64,000 nt of DNA. Origin: Eledone cirrhosa. Lineage: Eukaryota. Shown one piece after another: positions 56,065-64,000 of the stretch. The position numbers and the translations under genes were made by a program. The stretch lies in the NCBI GenBank assembly GCA_964016885.1, contig OZ024753.1:43028001-43092000 (forward strand). Reading direction: 5' to 3'. Below the pieces are notes generated by a model. It searched no databases. It was not told where the DNA came from and saw only the letters and a list, made by a program, of their open reading frames with translations. How positions within the stretch are numbered: position 1 is the stretch's first letter; every line of letters starts with the position of its first letter.

Positions 56065-56937
56065 TGTATGTCTATGCCATTTATATATATATATATATAT
56101 ATATATCATGTATGTCTATGCCATTTATATATATATCATCATCATCATCATTTAACGACCACTTTCCATGCTAGCATATATATACATGTGTGTGTTATAT
56201 ACTATATATATTATATCACATATACATGTATGTATATATATACATATATGTGTGTGTGTGTGTGTACATGTGTGACATTTTAATAGATACGTGCTCTTAA
56301 TTTGAATGGTATTGTATGGGGAATTCTTATTATTTCCCAATCCCAGAATTCATGCACATAACACAATATACAGTACAATAAACTGTCACAGATACAGTAT
56401 TTGAAAGAGATACTTATGGCCAAAGAACCAGAATATGGCTTTAGAAAAAAACATAAGCAAGTAATTATGTCCAAACTTTTGTTTTTGATCATATTCACAT
56501 GAAAGTATTATTGCTAATCTGCAGGAAATCACAGGTTTCAAACTACTTTGTTTGGTATGAGATAATGAAAATTTTGTTTATATTTCTTCAATAATTTGGG
56601 GGACAAGAGCAACTTTTCTTCTAGAAAGAATGATATTATTTTGTTTCTCTGTTGTTTAGGTTTACCAAAAAAATGTTTGCCTTCCTTTTTATTTGATTGG
56701 AATGATTGAAAGAAATATTTTCATCATTCACAGGAACAGCTTTGTTTCATTAATGTAATAGTTACACTAACTTACAACTGATCGGTGACCTCTAGGAGTC
56801 TTGATCCCTAAATTGCTACAGAAGAATGAAAGGTGACTAAATATACAAGGCATTCACTGACTGTTTCCTTTTTAAATCAGTCCCTATTAAGATTTCTGGG
56901 GTCCACCTCAGTCCTCAGACTGCTACAGCTCACCTCT

Positions 56938-57222
56938 ATGTTGGTTTAGTTGGCCTCCTATAACGTTGTATCACATAGGAGGTTTCTTGGGTGTTTTAAT
57001 GATAGGGGACCCCAGTCCCATTATATTCTTGTTATAGCTTACACCGATGTAGATTTAGTTAGCCTCCTACGAGGTTGCATCACATAGGAGGTTTCTTGGG
57101 TGTTTTAATGATAGGGGACCCCAGTCCCATTATATTCTTGTTATAGCTTACACCGATGTAGATTTAGCTAGCCTCCTACGAGGTTGCATCACATAGGAGG
57201 TTTCTTGGGTGTTTTAATGATA
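56938..57222. repeat. 109-bp tandem repeat (~2.6 copies)
   Basis: cacataggaggtttcttgggtg at 56972, 57081 and 57190. Confidence 0.85.
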
Positions 57223-57685
57223 GTATGGCTCTAGTTCTATCATTAAAAAGAATGTTCCACTCAAGAACACAATGTGTGGCCTATTGCAGGAACTAAATCC
57301 AAGGTTTTAAACTTGTGAGTCCAACACTAACCACTAGGCCACTCACCTTCACTACTATATTTCTTAATTTCCAGTAATTTCCATATTTTATCGAGCTAAA
57401 ATATCGCAACTATAATTCTACCTGTGGTAATTTGTCTGACGAAACTTATGATTAAAAGCGTTTTAACAAAATATTTTCTTATTTAATCCATTTTATCTTC
57501 CTATCTACTTATCTTTCACAGCAGAGTATTTCCTCTACTAAATGTTGAATGTCAATAGCATCTTTAAATGTCAAGAAATAAAAATAAAATTATATAAATA
57601 AAAGTACTCCAAAGAAATTATGTTTGTTCCGAATGATAAAAAATAAATTGTATTTTTTTTATTTTCAAAAAAATATTTTTTTTAG

Positions 57686-57846
57686 CCTCAAGAAGCTCCG
57701 CGAATTGTCCGACAATTCCATTTTCACCGCTGGTCTGAAGGAGATAATTTTCCAAATTCCAAATTAGCTCTGGTAGAGCTACTGGATATGGTTGAGAAAT
57801 GGCAACATGAAACGGGAGATTCATCACCTGTCACAGTTCATTGCAT
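57686..57846 (+). CDS. Receptor PTP D2 domain exon (WPD-loop equivalent WSE and VHC)
   Basis: Acceptor tttttttag, donor gtaagt. Translates PQEAPRIVRQFHFHRWSEGDNFPNSKLALVELLDMVEKWQHETGDSSPVTVHC(M). 161 nt, ends in phase 2. Confidence 0.95.
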
Positions 57847-59023
57847 GTAAGTAGAAATTTCAACTTTTTAAGCCTAAATACTAAAAACCAGCACACCATT
57901 ATATATCAGCAGTTTCCAATTAGGGGTTCACATTAGCAAAACATCCTTTAAAAGTACAGAACACTACTATGACTGCATCAAAATAAAAATTAAAGTTTTG
58001 TCTCTAATACTGAAAATTTTTCACAATAATTTGCTCAACAGTAAAGATAAAATGCACATTTGAATTAACAGTCTTTAGATGTTTTCAGTTACGATAGTAC
58101 TGGGGGCCATGAACGAAGTTCAAAATTTCAAGTACTTTTTTTTAAGAACATAATATACACACATTATTGGGTATCCATTCCTTTTTAATTCTAGCATTTA
58201 CATTACTCTATATATACTATTATATTTTCACGGTAAAGGCTTTATCTCACATAATATCGAATCTATGAGATTTTGATATTGTTATTATTTATTTTGAGAA
58301 CAACACCTTAATATCAGTATGAGGGGCCAGTTACATATTTGTATGAGGGGCCAGTTACATATTTGGAAACCACTGTTGTTTGTGCTACCAATATGAAATT
58401 CTATGATTTATTTCATTGTTGAAGCAATTTTAATAAAATACAGTTTAATAAAATTCAGTTTAATAAAAAAAAAATTCATTTAACAACTCTCTATGTTGTC
58501 GAATAATATGATTTTGTGATCTGAATTGGAAGAATCATTACTCCATTCTTAATGTCATGAAACCACATTAGCAAGACATTCTTAAATAATTCAGAAAAAC
58601 TCTATAACTGCTTCACATTAAAAGCTAATGTCTTTACTTTGATACTGTAAATTTTCACAATGATATTTCTACTAGTAAAAATACTATAAACATTTGAATT
58701 AACAAACCATGGGAAGCCACATTAGCAAAACATTCTTGAAAAATACAAAATAGCATTATGACTACATCACATTAATAATCAAAGTCTTTACTCTAAGACT
58801 GCAAATCTTCACAGCAGCCTGTTCATTGTTAAAAGTACTACAAAACATTTAAATTAACAATCCCATTTTTACATATTTTTTCATAAATCATTGCAACATT
58901 GAGAATAAATAAAACCCTCATGTTGTATACCATTGATGTGGGGTTAGGTCCATTTTGTAGGAATGGTGCTTGGTAGATATGGTGAAATAGAAAGGTATTT
59001 ATTCTGTGTAACTTCCTTTGCAG

Positions 59024-59159
59024 GAATGGTGCTAGCAGAAGTGGACTGTACTGTGCTATAAGTTGTGTACTGGAGAGAATTAATGCTGAGAAAGAAGTCG
59101 ATGTCTTCCAGGCAGTGAAACAACTAAGACTGAATCGCTCCCAACTTGTAGACAATTTT
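59024..59159 (+). CDS. Receptor PTP D2 domain exon (P-loop NGASRSG)
   Basis: Acceptor ttcctttgcag, donor gtaagc. Translates (M)NGASRSGLYCAISCVLERINAEKEVDVFQAVKQLRLNRSQLVDNF and completes HCMNGASRSG. 136 nt. Confidence 0.96.
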
Positions 59160-59690
59160 GTAAGCTTGTCTCTTTTTTTCATTATTTCTTCGATGAATTG
59201 TTGGCCCTTGTGGCCAATAAATGAAACTATTATTTCTTTGGTGGATTGGCAGTATCGGTAGAGGGTCGGATGCCAAGCTTTGCAGCAGAGAGTTACGTCT
59301 CTTTATGGTCTGAGTTCAAATCCCGCCGGGGTTATGTATATATATATCCAGACCCATGCTAGCGTGGAAAATGGACGTTAAACGATGATGATGATGCATA
59401 TATATATTTGTAGTAAGGTTGCTTGGATGTGTCCATAAGCGGTATGCCAGTTGAGCACTCTATGCTGTGTTCCAATGCATCACTGATTCTTCGGTTTCCA
59501 TATATATATATGTGTGTGTGTGTGTGTATATATAAATGCATATATGTGTGTATATATATGTGTGTGTGTGTATATATATATATAGATGTATATATATGTA
59601 TATGTATAAATATATATGTGTATGTATATATAATGGTATATATATATACATATAAATATTTATGTATATTTATATATGTATGTGTATATA

Positions 59691-59726
<36 letters not shown>

Positions 59727-59727
59727 C

Positions 59728-59758
<31 letters not shown>

Positions 59759-60117
59759 CATGTGTGAGTGTGTGTACAAGTATATTATAGTTTCATTCAT
59801 TTGAGCATCATCTTCAGTATGTATTATTTGTACAAAAGGTTTGTTTTTTTCTTTATTGTTTACAGACATTATATAATTAATAGACTTATATCTTAATAAA
59901 ATCCTCTTATATCTTGTAAAACCATTAACATGGCCGTCTAGATGATAACATAAATAGAATGATTTAGTTAGTCTGTTAATAATGACGCTAGTTGGCATTG
60001 CAAAGTATTTCTACAATTTATAAAGATATCAGCCCCTGTCTTACTAACTACGGCTTTATTTACAGGCTTCTTTAGAACATACATGTGTGTGTGTGTGTGT
60101 ATATATATATTTATATA

Positions 60118-60325
60118 GCGTGTGGCTCAATGGTTAGAGAATTGGATTCGCAATCGTGAGGCTGTGAGTTCCCCGACCGGGCGATGCGTTGTGTCCTTGA
60201 GCAAGACATTTTTTTTCACGTTGCTCCTTCTACCTGGAGTTGCGACCGATAGATAGTATTAACAATTGGAAAGACCAATGGAAACATTGTTTCCTCGGTC
60301 CGATTTGACGAAAGTCGATCATTCT
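60118..60325 (+). mobile_element. tRNA-derived CORE-type SINE, second family
   Basis: Reverse complement of 37567-37783 with a small deletion at the B box. Confidence 0.8.
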
Positions 60326-60351
60326 TATATATATATATATATACATATATC

Positions 60352-60623
60352 TACACAGTTCAAGAGTAACCAATCTTAAAGAGAGAGATGGAGATAGTAG
60401 AGGAGATATGAGAGGAGAGATTGGTGAGTTAGTTAGAAGCCAAAGCATAAAGGCATGTGCTCAATGTGCAATATGCAGTAGAAAGCAGCTAGGTGGCTGG
60501 GTTCATGCAGAAGTTAGGTGCGCAGAGCTGTAAATATTCATTAGTTAAGCAAAACAAGACCACAAACTGGTCTTGTTTTGCTTAACTAATGAATATTTCC
60601 AGCTCTGCGCACCTAACTTCTAC
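60352..60623 (+). mobile_element. (TA)n-embedded fold-back element with ~117-bp palindrome (family E)
   Basis: Palindrome 60507-60623 (agaagttaggtgcgcagagctg...cagctctgcgcacctaacttct) following a unique segment. Confidence 0.7.
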
Positions 60624-60830
60624 ATATATATATATATCAGGAAAAACCTGATAAATATATATATACATATATATATCATCATCATCATCATCATATATAT
60701 ATATTTATCAGGTTTTTCCTGATGATTTCCTTCGAATGAAACGGTTCTAGTCCTGTAGAAGCCATTTCTATATTAAATATTTATACTCTGTGTATCGAGT
60801 ACCTTACTTTCTTTGGTTACCCCCAATTGA

Positions 60831-60867
<37 letters not shown>

Positions 60868-60889
60868 AACACTTTATATGTATGTTTAT

Positions 60890-60948
<59 letters not shown>

Positions 60949-63549
60949 GGGAGGGAGAGAGATAAGGTATTTGTAAAAAAAAAAAGAATATTATTACGTA
61001 AAAAGTAGACAAAAATAATTAAGATTATTCAGAACCACCAGTTTCGAAGTGGAATTCTTACATCATTTCTATATGTATTGGGATGAATTACATTCAGACC
61101 GATTCCTCGGAATGCAATAAGTCTGTTTTGTAAATGTCATACAATTATGTAATATTTTTTCTCTTCTCTGAAATTGTGTCTGGATTTTCCTAAATTTTCT
61201 GCTATTTATTTCTATTACAGACTCTGTATCAGTGGCTTCTATCTAGCTACGTTTCTTTTATGTATGCCTCAATTCTATTATATATATAGAGAGAGAGAGA
61301 GATTATATGTGTATATATATATATAGAGAGAGAGTGATTATATGTACTGTATATATATATATATATAATATTTCTTTTTTGTGGTGAATGTTCATGGGCT
61401 AATTTCTGCATATTTGTCTGTATTCAGTGTTCTGTGCATGTGTGATCATAGAAAATTATTATGGTTCGGTGGAAAACTGGAATATTGCTGATAGAGAGAG
61501 GAAGACTAACATTGAATTAGAGGATGATGGGAATATATTATATATTCATGAATGAATGTTGAGAAAAGAAATGGAATGAGATGGTTGGGTCATGTGTTGA
61601 GGAAGGTTGACAGCAATTGGTTTAGAGAATGATTGGAGTAGACTCAGTGATGTTGTGAAGATGGGACTGTGAAAGTCTTGAAATGTTAATCCACTTAAGG
61701 CTTTAGGAATATAGTATTGTTTCAAACCAAACATAAAGTCCTTACCGACTTGGACTAGTTCCACTAGGGAGATGAAGCTTTACTACAGGGGAGAGAGCTG
61801 GGTTTCAACTGTTAAGTCTATTTAAGTGCCTTGGCCTCGCCATCACTCATGGCAATGCTGTGAACATATTGGCTTGCCTCAACGTGTTTAGTTAATCCTT
61901 ATGATGTGATGTGCAGCCAATTGTCGCACTTGGAGATAAATTGATGGTCGTTTTTGTCCCCTCCTTCTTTTCTTTTTTCTTCTCTCTTTTATGTGTTTAT
62001 ATTTGTGTTCACCAACGACATTATATTTGTAAAGTTCTTCTCAACAAATTGCGAGCAATTTATAATGTTATTTATGCATTTGTAATGTTTTTTGTAATGT
62101 TCATCATCATCATCATCATATCATTTTACGTACGTTTTTCCCTGCTTGCAAGAGTGGGATGGGTTTTATTAAGCACAGCATCTCTCCATTCGTCATGGTC
62201 CTTCATCATCTCCTCTGTGAACCTCACCATTCTGAGGTCAGCTCTCCCCACCTCCATGGTCTACCTCCGAACAGGATCACCTGGCACTGCTTCACCCGGC
62301 GGTCATCATCCCTGCACATCACATGTCCTTACCAACGCAGTCTTCTCTTCTGCACAGTAATAAATATTGCCTGTACAGGTAATCAAAGTGTGGATACAAT
62401 TTTTTTTTGGGGGGGGGGGGGACCTCACATACATACATGTATGTTATTTATGTATATATCTAAAACATATTTGTAATGATTTTTTTTATACAACTGTGTA
62501 TAAAAGTAATTTATTTTAAAAAAATAGTACTAATAAGGAATACTATTGTTCCAAACCAAACCAAACAAAGTACTAATAAAGAAATATCTAAAAAAGAAAT
62601 AACAAAAAATCTGTACTAAAAATGATCAAACTTGATCACAGTCGTGTTCAATATAAAATATTTGAAAGAGAAGCTGTTCAAAATTAAAGATGTTGTTCGA
62701 CAATTTTGAATTACAAATTATTTCTCCCTGCAGCATTTCAGATTCATTTTTTCTCTTCTGCTGATTTCAATGTTTTAGAAAACAAATCTTTTGGTGCCTC
62801 TTCACTCAATGTAACATCGCTAGTTTCAGGAAATATCACTATTTATACCATTCTCTTCCAATTCTATATAATAAGATCGATAGGCATATTTTATTTTCTA
62901 TCGCATTTCAATATTGATACCCAATTGCATTACTCTGATTATACTTTACCTATACAATGTAATTTAATAACAGTCTGCTTTTCTTTACACATCCATATTC
63001 CGATAAGGATTTAAAGATTATTATATCTTTGCATTTTCGGGTTTTTATTTATCATTTTTTGCTGGGTCTTTTTTTTTTTTTTTTACTCCCTGTTTTCTTC
63101 TTTCATATTTTCGTCATCTGTTGAAAAGAAAGAGAAATAAAATGTATGAGGGACGTTAACTCTTTAGATATTCAATGCAGATAAATAGGATATATGGATC
63201 AGGTATGGCTGTTCCAGTGGGATACAATGTAAATCTCGAGAGTTTTTATGTTACCACTATCATAAGATGAAAATATTGAGTGGATATTTTCCTCCTCCCT
63301 AACAACAAAGTGTCTTAAATATATCTTTGATTCAATTCAATACCACTTGATTTACACACGAGATAGAAGCACCGTTAGGTAAATTAAATAAGTTGATTAA
63401 TGTCATGCATGATTACTCTCAAAGTTAATGGTACAATGGCATAACTAGTCACGGCTCAATTGCTATGGTTACCCATGGAGGCATTTGATATCAGGAGCTG
63501 AACTCTCGATCTTGTGATCATAAACTAAACACTCTATCCAATAAGCCTT

Positions 63550-64000
63550 CACTACTACTACAACTACTACTACAACTACTACTACAACTACCACCACTGT
63601 TACTGCTACTATTACAACTACTGCCACCACCACCACCACTGTTACTGCTACTACTACCGCTACTACTACTACCACCACCACTGTTACTACTACTACTACC
63701 ACCACTATTACTACTACTACTACCGCTACTACTACTACCACCACCACTGTTACTACTACTACTACCACCACTATTACTACTACTATCACCACCACTGTTA
63801 CTGCTACTACTACCACCACTATTACTACTACTACCACCACCACCGTTACTGCTTCTACTACCGCTACTACTACTACCACCACCACTGTTACTGCTACTAC
63901 TACCACCACTATTACTACTACTACTACTACCACCACCACTTTTACTGCTACTACTACAACCACCACCACTGCTATTACTACTACTATTACTACTACTACT
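63550..64000. repeat. (ACT)/(ACC) trinucleotide array running off the window end
   Basis: Direct inspection. Confidence 0.95.

Noticed and set aside
62725-62765. Candidate final PTP exon (ccctgcag-CATTTCAGATTC...; also the acceptor-like site at 61220)
   Set aside because: Neither translates to the expected (E/D)QY(K/R)FCY-type motif; the last exon probably lies beyond the window.

Overview
Eukaryotic, very AT-rich and microsatellite-dense animal DNA. The repeat content (tRNA-derived CORE-type and Meta-type SINEs, RTE LINE tails, vast (TA)n arrays) suggests a cephalopod such as octopus; this is inference only. The one host gene I can support is on the + strand: six GT-AG exons (15958-16057, 28355-28428, 29309-29443, 48476-48607, 57686-57846, 59024-59159) splice in frame into the membrane-distal D2 domain of a receptor-type protein tyrosine phosphatase resembling the R2B (PTPRM/K/T/U) subfamily. 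The gene starts upstream of the window and its last exon appears to lie downstream. Nearly all ORFs in the supplied track are microsatellite artefacts. The introns carry SINEs, 5'-truncated non-LTR retrotransposons (RTE, R4/Dong-like, CRE-like) and minisatellites. The most striking content is a set of short, sequence-diverse elements, mostly embedded in (TA)n. They carry about 13 recognisable minimal type-I hammerhead ribozyme motifs (including U3-A8 core variants) and/or long fold-back palindromes, and several share an upstream RAGYRCTC(A/T/G)AY motif. They look like non-autonomous, Penelope-like retroelement derivatives. All structures were read by eye and need computational and experimental confirmation.
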